Positions 16,512 to 25,183 of a DNA stretch of 32,000 bases are shown here, in pieces; within the stretch, counting starts at the first letter, position 1, and each line of letters starts with the position of its first letter. The stretch lies in the NCBI RefSeq assembly GCF_003324675.1, contig NZ_CP030918.1, positions 1,830,001-1,862,000 on the forward strand, read 5' to 3'. The DNA is from Paracoccus suum. GTDB taxonomy: Bacteria > Pseudomonadota > Alphaproteobacteria > Rhodobacterales > Rhodobacteraceae. The notes beneath the pieces were generated by a model. The model was given only the letters and a program-made list of their open reading frames with translations. It was not told where the DNA came from and ran no database searches. A program made the position numbers and the translations under genes.

Positions 16512-17666
16512 TCAAGCGAACTCGGACGGCCCGATCAGGCGGTGGTACTCGGCAATCGCGAAACGATCCGTCATCCCGGCGACGTAATCCAGCACGACGC
16601 GGGCGCGATGGGCCGGATCGTTGCCGGCCCCCGCGATTTCGGCCTGCCAATCCTCCGGCATCAGGGCGGGCTGGTCCATCAGCAGCGGAAACAACTCGGT
16701 CAGCATCTGCGTCACCCGTGCCCGTTCGACCATGACGGTCGGGGCGCGATACATGCGGGTGAACAGGAACCCCTTGATTGCCTTGAGGTTCTGGTAGAGC
16801 GGCTTGGAAAAGCGGATGATCGGGCCGTCCATCGCCCGGATCTCGTCGACCGAGCGGGGCTGCGAGGCTGCGAGGCGATTCTGCGCCACTGCGATCACAT
16901 CCTCGACCATGACGCCGAAGACGCGGCGCAGTGCCTCGTGGCGGCGGCGCATCGGGTCGAGGCCCGGATAGAGGTCGTCAACCTGCGCAAAGGCTGGGCC
17001 GATCAGGGGCAGCTCGGCCAGCTCGGCCTCGTCAAACAGTCCCGCGCGCAGGCCGTCGTGCAGGTCGTGATGGTTGTAGGCGACGTCGTCGGCCACCGCT
17101 GCGACCTGCGCCTCGGCGCTGGCATTGGTCCCAAGCTCCAGGTCCCACTGGGCATTCACATCGGCCAGGGCATAGGACCAGGGCGGGGCGACCGGCCCGT
17201 TGTGCTTGGCGATCCCCTCCAGCGTCTCCCAGGTCAGGTTCAGGCCGTCGAAACCAGCGTAGTGACGCTCCAACCGGGTGACAATGCGCAAGGCCTGCGC
17301 GTTGTGATCGAATCCGCCGTAGGGGGCCATCAGGCCGGCCAGGGCATCCTCGCCCGTGTGGCCAAAGGGCGGATGGCCAAGGTCATGGGCCAGGGCCACC
17401 GCCTCGGCGAGGTCGGTATCGAGGCCAAGTACCCCGGCGATAGTCCGCGCCACCTGCGCGACCTCGATCGTATGCGTCAGGCGGGTGCGGTAGTAATCGC
17501 CCTCGTGCTCGACGAATACCTGCGTCTTGTGCTTGAGGCGGCGAAAGGCGCTGGAATGGATGATGCGGTCGCGGTCCCGCTGCCAGGGCGAGCGAAAGGT
17601 AGACAGCGCCTCGTCGTGAAGCCGCCCACGGCTAAGCTCGGGCTGGCAGGCGTAAGGCGCGCGCAT
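16512..17666 (-). CDS. dgt: deoxyguanosinetriphosphate triphosphohydrolase-like protein (HD domain)
   Basis: RDRDRIIHSSAFRRLKHKTQVF, TRLTHTIEVAQVAR and HDLGHPPFGH are dGTPase motifs. I chose the ATG at 17666 over the TTG at 17669 because AGGAGG sits 4 nt upstream of the ATG. Confidence 0.9.
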   Translation of the reverse strand: MRAPYACQPELSRGRLHDEALSTFRSPWQRDRDRIIHSSAFRRLKHKTQVFVEHEGDYYRTRLTHTIEVAQVARTIAGVLGLDTDLAEAVALAHDLGHPPFGHTGEDALAGLMAPYGGFDHNAQALRIVTRLERHYAGFDGLNLTWETLEGIAKHNGPVAPPWSYALADVNAQWDLELGTNASAEAQVAAVADDVAYNHHDLHDGLRAGLFDEAELAELPLIGPAFAQVDDLYPGLDPMRRRHEALRRVFGVMVEDVIAVAQNRLAASQPRSVDEIRAMDGPIIRFSKPLYQNLKAIKGFLFTRMYRAPTVMVERARVTQMLTELFPLLMDQPALMPEDWQAEIAGAGNDPAHRARVVLDYVAGMTDRFAIAEYHRLIGPSEFA

Positions 17667-17754
17667 CAAACCTCCTTATCGGCACGGGGTTTCTTGCCCG
17701 GGGGCCGATGACACCCTATATCGGCGTCATGCCGTCTTTGAACGGGAACGCCCC

Positions 17755-18099
17755 ATGAACCTGCCTTCCGAACTGAACTTGCCGCCGCGCGTGACGCCCC
17801 GCGCCTTCGCCCGGCTGGCCGAAATCAATAGTGGCGCCGAGGCGCCCCAACCGCTGCGCGTCGCAGTGCTGGGGGGCGGCTGCTCGGGTTTCCAGTATGA
17901 CATCCGCCTCGATGCGCCCGGCGAGGGCGATCTGGTCCTCGAGCAGGAGGGTCAGAAGGTGGTCGTCGATCCGGTCTCGTTGCCGTTCCTCGCCGGCGCG
18001 GTCATCGACTTTGAAGATGAGTTGATCGGCGCCCGGTTCCATATCGAGAACCCGAACGCGACCTCGTCCTGCGGCTGCGGCACGTCCTTCGCGATCTGA
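17755..18099 (+). CDS. erpA: iron-sulfur cluster insertion protein (A-type carrier, ErpA-like)
   Basis: 114 aa. GGGCSGFQY and the C-terminal NPNATSSCGCGTSF match A-type carriers. Confidence 0.8.
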   Translation: MNLPSELNLPPRVTPRAFARLAEINSGAEAPQPLRVAVLGGGCSGFQYDIRLDAPGEGDLVLEQEGQKVVVDPVSLPFLAGAVIDFEDELIGARFHIENPNATSSCGCGTSFAI

Positions 18100-18125
18100 C
18101 CTCAGGCCGACGGCGAGCGGAGAAA

Positions 18126-18149
18126 GGCGGGCGAGAGCGCCCGCCTTTT
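18126..18149. terminator. bidirectional rho-independent terminator between erpA and maeB
   Basis: A perfect 8-bp GC stem GGCGGGCG (18126-18133) / CGCCCGCC (18138-18145) with loop AGAG, flanked by AAA upstream and TTTT downstream. It sits in the 53-nt gap between two convergent genes. Confidence 0.8.
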
Positions 18150-18152
18150 CAA

Positions 18153-20432
18153 TTAGCCGTAATGCTGCACCGGCGTTCCGGCCAGCATGGCCATGTTCAG
18201 CAGGCCCCGTGTCGTGACGGAGGGGGTCACGATATGCGCGCGGTTGCCCATGCCCATCAGGATCGGCCCGACCTCCAGCCCGTTGGCCTTGGTCTTGAGG
18301 ATGTTGCGCACGCCGGACGCGGCGTCGGTGTTCGAGAACACGAGGACGTTTGCCGCCCCCTGCAGGCGTGAGCCGGGGAAAATGCGCTCGCGCAATTCGG
18401 GGTCGAGCGCGGCGTCGGTGTGCATCTCGCCGTCATAGGTGAAATCGGCCTCGCGCGCGTCGAGGATTGCCATCGCAGCCCGCATCTTGCGGCCGGATTC
18501 GGTTTCGAGGTTGCCGAATTGCGAATGGCTGCACAGCGCTACCTGCGGCTGGACGCCAAAGCGGCGCACGTGCCGGGCCGCGCCGATGGCGCTGTCGGCC
18601 ACCTCCTGCGGCGAGGGGTCGTGGTTGACCTGCGTGTCCGTGATGAACAGTGGCCCATCCTCAAGGATCATCAGGCTCAGCGCCCCGACCGGGGCAAGGC
18701 CGCCGCGCGCCAGCACCTCGCGCACATAACGCAGGTGCCAGTGATACTGCCCGAAGGTGCCGCAGATCATGCTGTCCGCCTCGCCACGGTGGACCATGAT
18801 CGCGCCGATGGCAGTGGTGTTGGTGCGCATGATCGCGCGAGCGATGTCGGGGCTGACGCCGCGTCGTGCCATCAGGCGGTGATATTCCTCCCAGTAGTCG
18901 CGATAGCGGGGGTCATGCTCGGGGTTCACGATCTCGAAATCGCGGCCGGGGCGGATCGGCAGGCCCGCGCGCTCGGCCCGGTGCTCGATCACCTCGGGAC
19001 GGCCGATCAGTATCGGCACGTCGGTGGTCTCCTCGATCATGGCGTTGGCCGCGCGCAGCACGCGCTCGTCCTCGCCCTCGGCAAAGACGATCCGGCGCGT
19101 GGCGGCGGCGGCGGCCTCGAATACCGGGCGCATGATCAGCGCGCTTCGGAAGACCGATCCGTCCAGCTTGCGCTTGTAGGCCCCGATGTCGGCCAGCGGG
19201 CGGGTGGCAACCCCGGTCTCCATCGCGGCCTGCGCGACGGCGGTGGCCACCACGCCGATCAGTCGCGGGTCGAACGGCTTGGGGATCAGGTAGTCGGGGC
19301 CAAAGCTCAGCCGCTCGCCGCGATAGGCCGCCGCCGCCTCGGCCGAGGTCGTGGCCCGGGCGAGGCCAGCGATGCCGTCGATACAGGCCAACTGCATGGC
19401 GTCATTGATCTGCGTGGCGCCCACGTCGAGGGCGCCGCGGAAGATGAAGGGAAAGCACAGGACGTTATTGACCTGGTTAGGAAAATCCGAGCGGCCGGTG
19501 GCGATGATCGCATCCGGCGCGACGCTGCGCACCTCGTCGGGCAGAATTTCCGGCGTGGGGTTTGCCAGGGCGAAGACGATCGGCTGCGGCGTCATCTGGG
19601 CGACCATCTCGGCAGTCAGCACGCCAGGGCCGGAGAGGCCGAGGAACATGTCCGCGCCGATGATGACGTCGCCGAGGGTCGCTGGCCCTCCCGGCTGGGC
19701 GAAGGCTGCCTTTTGCGGCGTCATGTCGGCCTCGCGGCCCTCATAGACCAGCCCGTGAAGGTCAAGCAGAAAGACATTCTCGCGCTGCACGCCCAACTTC
19801 AGCAACATGTTCAGGCAGGCGATGCCGGCCGCCCCGCCGCCGGTCGAGACCACCTTGATGTCGGCAAACCGCTTGCCGGCGATCAGCAACGCGTTGGTCG
19901 CGGCCGCCCCGACGACGATTGCGGTGCCGTGCTGGTCGTCGTGGAAAACGGGAATGTTCATCCGCTCGCGGCAGATCTTTTCGACGATAAAACAGTCTGG
20001 TGCCTTGATGTCCTCGAGGTTGACGGCACCGAATGTGGGCTCCAGCGCGCAGACGAGGTCGGCCAGGCGCTCTGGGTCGGTCTCGGCGATTTCCAGGTCG
20101 AAGCAGTCGATATTGGCGAATTTCTTGAAGAGGACGGCCTTGCCCTCCATCACCGGCTTGGACGCCAGCGGGCCGATATTGCCGAGGCCCAGCACGGCGG
20201 TGCCGTTGCTGACCACCGCGACCAGATTGCCGCGCGCGGTGTAGCGGGCCGCGTCGGCCGGGTTCGCCTTGATCTCCAGACAGGCCTCGGCGACGCCCGG
20301 CGAATAGGCGCGGGCGAGATCTCGGCCGTTGGCCAAGGGCTTGGTGGCGCGGACCTCGAGTTTTCCGGGATGGGGAAACTCGTGATAATCGAGCGCCGAT
20401 TGCCGCGCGCTGTCCTGCCGCCGATCGTCCAT
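18153..20432 (-). CDS. maeB: NADP-dependent malic enzyme (malic enzyme domain plus phosphate-acetyltransferase-like C-terminal domain)
   Basis: [30 protein letters not shown] and FHDDQHGTA are malic enzyme motifs, followed by a roughly 330-aa PTA-like C-terminus. I trimmed the start to the ATG at 20432 (MDDRRQDS). Confidence 0.92.
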   Translation of the reverse strand: MDDRRQDSARQSALDYHEFPHPGKLEVRATKPLANGRDLARAYSPGVAEACLEIKANPADAARYTARGNLVAVVSNGTAVLGLGNIGPLASKPVMEGKAVLFKKFANIDCFDLEIAETDPERLADLVCALEPTFGAVNLEDIKAPDCFIVEKICRERMNIPVFHDDQHGTAIVVGAAATNALLIAGKRFADIKVVSTGGGAAGIACLNMLLKLGVQRENVFLLDLHGLVYEGREADMTPQKAAFAQPGGPATLGDVIIGADMFLGLSGPGVLTAEMVAQMTPQPIVFALANPTPEILPDEVRSVAPDAIIATGRSDFPNQVNNVLCFPFIFRGALDVGATQINDAMQLACIDGIAGLARATTSAEAAAAYRGERLSFGPDYLIPKPFDPRLIGVVATAVAQAAMETGVATRPLADIGAYKRKLDGSVFRSALIMRPVFEAAAAATRRIVFAEGEDERVLRAANAMIEETTDVPILIGRPEVIEHRAERAGLPIRPGRDFEIVNPEHDPRYRDYWEEYHRLMARRGVSPDIARAIMRTNTTAIGAIMVHRGEADSMICGTFGQYHWHLRYVREVLARGGLAPVGALSLMILEDGPLFITDTQVNHDPSPQEVADSAIGAARHVRRFGVQPQVALCSHSQFGNLETESGRKMRAAMAILDAREADFTYDGEMHTDAALDPELRERIFPGSRLQGAANVLVFSNTDAASGVRNILKTKANGLEVGPILMGMGNRAHIVTPSVTTRGLLNMAMLAGTPVQHYG

Positions 20433-20504
20433 CCCCGCGCCCCTCCCTGGTTGCCACATATCTGCGTAGCGCATCGGCCGGGGCTGCGGAACCGGGCTTT
20501 CGCG

Positions 20505-20569
20505 CAAGGGTCATCGCGCCCGATTGCGATAATCCCTTGAGAGCGCCCGACGACTCAAGGCCGCCCTTG
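20505..20569 (+). promoter_or_regulatory. candidate cis-regulatory element: four CAAGG/CCTTG segments forming alternative hairpins in the maeB-cdd intergenic region
   Basis: Segment 1 is CAAGGG (20505-10), segment 2 CCCTTGAG (20534-41), segment 3 CTCAAGG (20554-60) and segment 4 CCCTTG (20564-69). The possible pairings are 1:2 (extended by ATCGC 20513-17 / GCGAT 20526-30), 2:3 (7 bp) and 3:4 (5 bp, CCGC loop). The octamer GCGCCCGA occurs in the apical region of both 1:2 (20516-23, straddling the inner stem and loop) and 2:3 (20543-50, in the loop). The structure is read from the sequence; its function is unknown. Confidence 0.35.
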
Positions 20570-20623
20570 CACCCACACCCGCCGCGCGCGAGACTTGCCG
20601 CCAACAGATCCGGAGGGTGCCCG

Positions 20624-21019
20624 ATGTCGCTTCTCGATGCAGCCCGCGCCGTGCGCGAGCGTGCCTATGCACCCTATTCCCGCTTCAAGGTGGGTGCGGC
20701 AATCCGTGTCCCTTCGGGCCAGGTCTATTCCGGCTGCAATGTCGAGAATGTCGCCTATCCGGAAGGCACCTGCGCCGAGGCGGGCGCCATTGCGGCCATG
20801 ATCGCCGCGGGCGAGACGCAGATCATCGAAGTCGCGGTCATTGCCGATGCGCCGGCCCCGGTGCCGCCCTGCGGCGGCTGCCGCCAGAAGCTGGCGGAGT
20901 TCGCGCGGGGCGAGACGCCGGTCCTGCTGGCGACCACCGGCGGGCAGACACTTGCCACCACCGTGGGCGAGCTGCTGCCGGGCCGGTTCGAGGTCGCCCA
21001 CATGGCCGGCAGCGAATGA
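20624..21019 (+). CDS. cdd: cytidine deaminase
   Basis: YAPYSRFKVGAA, CAEAGAI and PCGGCRQ are the zinc-binding CDA motifs. The ATG at 20624 is preceded by GGAGGG. Confidence 0.92.
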   Translation: MSLLDAARAVRERAYAPYSRFKVGAAIRVPSGQVYSGCNVENVAYPEGTCAEAGAIAAMIAAGETQIIEVAVIADAPAPVPPCGGCRQKLAEFARGETPVLLATTGGQTLATTVGELLPGRFEVAHMAGSE

Positions 21020-22335
21020 CCGACGGCGCACCCGACCCGCGCCCGGTCATCGCAGCGGTGCGCGACGGGCGGGGCCTCGATTCGGACGGCGCAGGGATCA
21101 TCGCGCGCGGCCTTGCCTCGGGTGCGCTCAGCGACGCGCAGGCCGGCGCCTTTGCGATGGCGGTGCTGACGCGCGGAATCGGCATGTCCGGGCGGGTAGC
21201 GCTGACTGGCGCGATGCGCGATTCGGGCCGGATGCTGACCTGGGACCTGCCCGGGCTAGTGGTCGACAAGCATTCGACCGGCGGGATCGGCGATACTGTC
21301 TCGCTGGTCCTGGCGCCGGTCTTGGCCGCCTGCGGTGCCTATGTGCCCATGATCTCTGGTCGCGGCCTCGGGCACACCGGAGGCACGCTCGACAAGCTTG
21401 AGGCGATTCCCGGGCTGCGCACCGACTTGGACGAGGCCGCGTTACGTGCCCTCGTTGGCCGTACGGGCTGCGCCATCGTCGCGGCCTCCGCCGATCTGGC
21501 ACCGGCCGACCGGCGCCTCTACGCCATCCGTGACGAAGCTGCGGCGGTCGAGAGCGTCGATCTGATCACCGCCTCGATCCTGTCGAAAAAGCTGGCGGCG
21601 GGTCTGGATGCGCTCGTTCTGGACGTCAAAAGCGGCTCTGGCGCTTTCCTTAAGACGCCGGCCGAGGCGGAGGCCCTGGCCGAGGCGCTGGTCGATACGG
21701 CAAACGGCGCCGGCTGCCGGACCTCGGCGCTGCTGACCGACATGGACCAGCCGCTCGCCCGCGCCGCCGGCAACGCGCTTGAGGTCATGGAGGCAATCGA
21801 CTGCCTGCGCGGCGCGCCATCTGCGCTGCGCGACCTGACGCTGGCGCTGGCGGCCGAGTGCCTGGCTCTCGTCGGCCAAGCGGACCCACTGGCGGCGGTG
21901 ACGCGCGCCCTCGACAGCGGCGCGGCGGCCGAGCGTTTTGCGGCGATGATCGCCGGGCAGGGCGGTCCGACCGATCTGGTCGACGCACCCGCGCGGCATC
22001 TCGCCGCGGCCCCCGTGGTCCGAGATGTCTACCCCGCGTCAGCCGATGCGATTGCCGCAATCGACGCCACCGCCATTGGCGAGGCGGTGGTCGCCCTCGG
22101 CGGCGGGCGGGTGCGCGCGGGCCAGGCGCTGGACCCCAGCGTCGGCTTTTCCCACCTCGCACGGCTGGGCGAGTTGGCCGGTCCGGACCAACCCCTCGGC
22201 CGGGTTCATGCGGCTAGCGAGGCCGCGGCCGATGTGGCCGCCGCCCGCCTGCGCACCGCTTATCAGCTGGGGACTGCCCCCGCGCCGCGGCCGCAGGTCT
22301 TGTCCCGCGTTTCCCCCTCCGGGCACGCTGAATGA
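21016..22335 (+). CDS. deoA: thymidine (pyrimidine-nucleoside) phosphorylase
   Basis: VDKHSTGGIGDTVSL and SGRGLGHTGGTLDKLE are the family motifs. The ATG at 21016 overlaps the cdd stop (ATGA). Confidence 0.92.
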   Translation: MTDGAPDPRPVIAAVRDGRGLDSDGAGIIARGLASGALSDAQAGAFAMAVLTRGIGMSGRVALTGAMRDSGRMLTWDLPGLVVDKHSTGGIGDTVSLVLAPVLAACGAYVPMISGRGLGHTGGTLDKLEAIPGLRTDLDEAALRALVGRTGCAIVAASADLAPADRRLYAIRDEAAAVESVDLITASILSKKLAAGLDALVLDVKSGSGAFLKTPAEAEALAEALVDTANGAGCRTSALLTDMDQPLARAAGNALEVMEAIDCLRGAPSALRDLTLALAAECLALVGQADPLAAVTRALDSGAAAERFAAMIAGQGGPTDLVDAPARHLAAAPVVRDVYPASADAIAAIDATAIGEAVVALGGGRVRAGQALDPSVGFSHLARLGELAGPDQPLGRVHAASEAAADVAAARLRTAYQLGTAPAPRPQVLSRVSPSGHAE

Positions 22336-23519
22336 GCCGCGCCTTCCTGATCGTGATGGACAGTGTTGGCATCGGCGGCGCGCCGGACGCGGGTGCGTTC
22401 TTCAACGGGACGCGCCCCGACACCGGCGCCAACACGCTGGCTCATATCGCGGCGCAGCGCCCATTGCGCATGCCGAATCTCGACCGCCTCGGCCTCGGCG
22501 CGGCATTGGCGCTGGCCTCTGGGGCGAGGGCGCCCGGCCTCGGCGCGGTGCCCGAAGGGCTGTGGGGCGCCGCGACCGAGGTCTCGCACGGCAAGGACAC
22601 CCCGACCGGCCATTGGGAGCTTGCCGGTGTTCCTACCCCTTGGGAATGGAGGGTGTTTCCTGACAGCTGCCCGGCGTTTCCGGAGTCCCTGACGGACCGG
22701 ATCACCGCCCTGGCGGGGGTGGACGGCGTGTTGGGCAACGCGCATGCCTCCGGGACCGAGGTGATCGAGCGCCTTGGTTCGCAACACATGCAGACCGGCT
22801 GGCCGATCGTCTACACCTCGGCCGACAGCGTCATCCAGATCGCCGCGCATGAGGAAAGCTTCGGATTGCAACGCCTGCTGGACCTTTGCGCCGCCCTCGC
22901 CCCCGAGGTTCACGCCATGCGCGTGGGCCGCGTCATCGCCCGGCCTTTCATCGGCGGGCCGGGCAGTTTTCAGCGCACGGCCCATCGGCGCGACTTTGCG
23001 GCCGAACCCCCGGCCGCCACCATTCTGGAACGCACCGCAGCAGCCGGCCGCGCCACCCACGCCATTGGCAAGATCGGCGACATCTTTTCCATGCGCGGCA
23101 TCGGCAAGCTTTGGAAGGGCGACGGCGACGCGGCCCTCGCGGATCACTTGCTGAGCCTTGCCGGCACCGCCGAGGATGGCAGCCTGACCTTCGCCAATTT
23201 CGTCGAGTTCGACAGCCGCTTCGGTCACCGTCGGGACGTCGCGGGCTACGCCAGTGCATTGGAATGGTTCGATCAAGTTGCGGGCGAATTCCTCGCCCGC
23301 CTGCGCCCGGGCGATCTGGCGATCTTCACTGCCGACCATGGCAACGATCCCAGCTGGAGCGGCACCGATCACACGCGCGAGCGGGTCCCGGTCCTCGGAT
23401 GGGGCGTGGGCCCGCGGGCCATCGGTCTGGTCAGCTTCGCCGATGTCGGCGCCTCGGTCGCCGCCCATCTGGGCCTCGCGCCAACAACCAAGGGCAGCTT
23501 CCTTGATCCCCAAGATTGA
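22332..23519 (+). CDS. deoB: phosphopentomutase
   Basis: MSRAFLIVMDSVGIGGAPDA, KDTPTGHWE and FTADHGNDP are DeoB motifs. The start has an ATGA overlap with deoA. Confidence 0.93.
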   Translation: MSRAFLIVMDSVGIGGAPDAGAFFNGTRPDTGANTLAHIAAQRPLRMPNLDRLGLGAALALASGARAPGLGAVPEGLWGAATEVSHGKDTPTGHWELAGVPTPWEWRVFPDSCPAFPESLTDRITALAGVDGVLGNAHASGTEVIERLGSQHMQTGWPIVYTSADSVIQIAAHEESFGLQRLLDLCAALAPEVHAMRVGRVIARPFIGGPGSFQRTAHRRDFAAEPPAATILERTAAAGRATHAIGKIGDIFSMRGIGKLWKGDGDAALADHLLSLAGTAEDGSLTFANFVEFDSRFGHRRDVAGYASALEWFDQVAGEFLARLRPGDLAIFTADHGNDPSWSGTDHTRERVPVLGWGVGPRAIGLVSFADVGASVAAHLGLAPTTKGSFLDPQD

Positions 23520-24480
23520 ACTGCACCTGCACCTCGAAGGCGCGGCACCGCCCGCATTCGTGCGCGGCCTAGCCGGCGCCAAGAGCCTGCGCCTCGATTC
23601 GATCTTTGACGCCGCGGGAAACTATTCCTACCGCGGCTTCAATGATTTCCTGCGGGTTTATGAGGCCGCGACCAGCGTTATCCGTGGCCCGCAGGATTAT
23701 GCCGCCCTGCTGCGCGCCGTGCTGGAGGAGGCCGCCGAACAAGGTGCGATCTACGTCGAGACCTTCGTCTCGCCCGAGTTCTGCGGCGGTGCCGACCTCG
23801 GTGCCTGGCGCGATCACGTCGCAGCCATGAGCGAGGTCGCCGTGCAGATGGCCGCGCAAGGCATCGACAGCCGCGCCATCATCACCCCGATCCGCCATTT
23901 CGGCCCCGAACGCGCCCGCGCCTCCGCCCGTTGCGCGGTCGAGACGGCGTCCGAGGACGGTTCCGGCTGGGTCTCGGGCTTTGGCCTCGCTGGCGATGAA
24001 ACCAAAGGCCTGCCAAAGGATTACGCCTGGTCCTTTGACTGCGCGCGCGAGGCGGGACTGGGCCTGACATGCCATGCGGGCGAGTGGTGCGGACCGGATC
24101 GCATCCGCAGCACATGGCGCGATCTTGGCGTCAGCCGCCTTGGCCACGGCGTCCGCGCTATCGGGGATGCGGACCTCGTGCGCGATCTGGCCGAGGCTGG
24201 CGTCACGCTGGAGGTTTGTCCCGGCAGCAACGTGGTCCTGGGCATTTACCCCTCGATTGCCGACCATCCCATTGCCCGGCTGGTCGATGCCGGTTGCCGC
24301 GTCACGGTCTCGACCGACGATCCGCCGTTCTTTCACACCACGCTCGGCGCGGAATATGATGCCCTCGCGGACGCGTTCGGCTGGGCTGAGGACGAGTTTC
24401 GGCAGATGAATCTTTGGGCTGCCGAGGCTGCATTCTGCGACGCGGCCACCCGCCAGCGCCTGAAGGAGAAAGTTTCGTGA
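23503..24480 (+). CDS. add: adenosine deaminase
   Basis: [15 protein letters not shown] and VSTDDPPFF are adenosine deaminase motifs. The start is uncertain. TTG at 23503 has AAGGG about 9 nt upstream and overlaps deoB by 17 nt. The nearest in-frame ATG is at 23443 and overlaps by 77 nt. Confidence 0.85.
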   Translation: MIPKIELHLHLEGAAPPAFVRGLAGAKSLRLDSIFDAAGNYSYRGFNDFLRVYEAATSVIRGPQDYAALLRAVLEEAAEQGAIYVETFVSPEFCGGADLGAWRDHVAAMSEVAVQMAAQGIDSRAIITPIRHFGPERARASARCAVETASEDGSGWVSGFGLAGDETKGLPKDYAWSFDCAREAGLGLTCHAGEWCGPDRIRSTWRDLGVSRLGHGVRAIGDADLVRDLAEAGVTLEVCPGSNVVLGIYPSIADHPIARLVDAGCRVTVSTDDPPFFHTTLGAEYDALADAFGWAEDEFRQMNLWAAEAAFCDAATRQRLKEKVS

Positions 24481-25112
24481 CCCAGCCCCATCTGACGATC
24501 GTTCAACACCCCCTGGTCCAGCACAAGCTGACGATCATGCGCGACAAGAACACCTCGACTGCCGGGTTCCGACGCCTGCTGCGCGAGATTTCCCTGCTGC
24601 TCGCCTACGAGGTGACGCGCGAGCTGGACCTGACAACGACGACCATCGAAACCCCCGTCTGCCAGATGGAGGCGCCGACGCTGGAGGGCAAAAAGCTGGC
24701 CCTGATCTCGATCCTGCGGGCCGGCAATGGGTTGATGGACGGGATCCTCGAACTGATCCCGGCCGCGCGCGTCGGCTTTATCGGGCTTTACCGCGACCCG
24801 GAGACCCTGCAGCCGGTGAAATACTATTCAAAGGTTCCCGCCGACCTGGACCTGCGCATGGTGATCGCCGTCGATCCGATGCTGGCGACGGGTAACAGTT
24901 CGGTCGCAGCGATCGATCTTCTGAAGGAGGCAGGGGCGAAGAATCTGCGATTCCTGTGCCTTCTGGCCGCCCCGGAAGGGGTTGCGCGGATGCGCGACGC
25001 GCATCCGGATGTGCCGATCTTTACCGCGGCCCTGGACGAGCGGCTGGACGATCACGGGTATATCGTGCCCGGTCTGGGGGATGCCGGTGACCGGATGTTC
25101 GGCACGAAGTGA
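24477..25112 (+). CDS. upp: uracil phosphoribosyltransferase
   Basis: [28 protein letters not shown] (PRPP loop) and [12 protein letters not shown] are Upp motifs. The GTG start at 24477 overlaps the add stop (GTGA). Confidence 0.92.
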   Translation: MTQPHLTIVQHPLVQHKLTIMRDKNTSTAGFRRLLREISLLLAYEVTRELDLTTTTIETPVCQMEAPTLEGKKLALISILRAGNGLMDGILELIPAARVGFIGLYRDPETLQPVKYYSKVPADLDLRMVIAVDPMLATGNSSVAAIDLLKEAGAKNLRFLCLLAAPEGVARMRDAHPDVPIFTAALDERLDDHGYIVPGLGDAGDRMFGTK

Positions 25113-25183
25113 GAGCCTGTTAACCGGCGATTAGGCGGCACCCGCTAGACCGGTCCTGACGGACTGATTCGGGGCTGGTCTGC

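Noticed and set aside
20526-20575. Purine riboswitch resemblance (GCGAUAAUC... followed by hairpins) in the cdd leader.
   Set aside because: The architecture does not fit. There is no P2/P3 pair with about 7-nt kissing loops, no conserved J2/3, and no closing P1.
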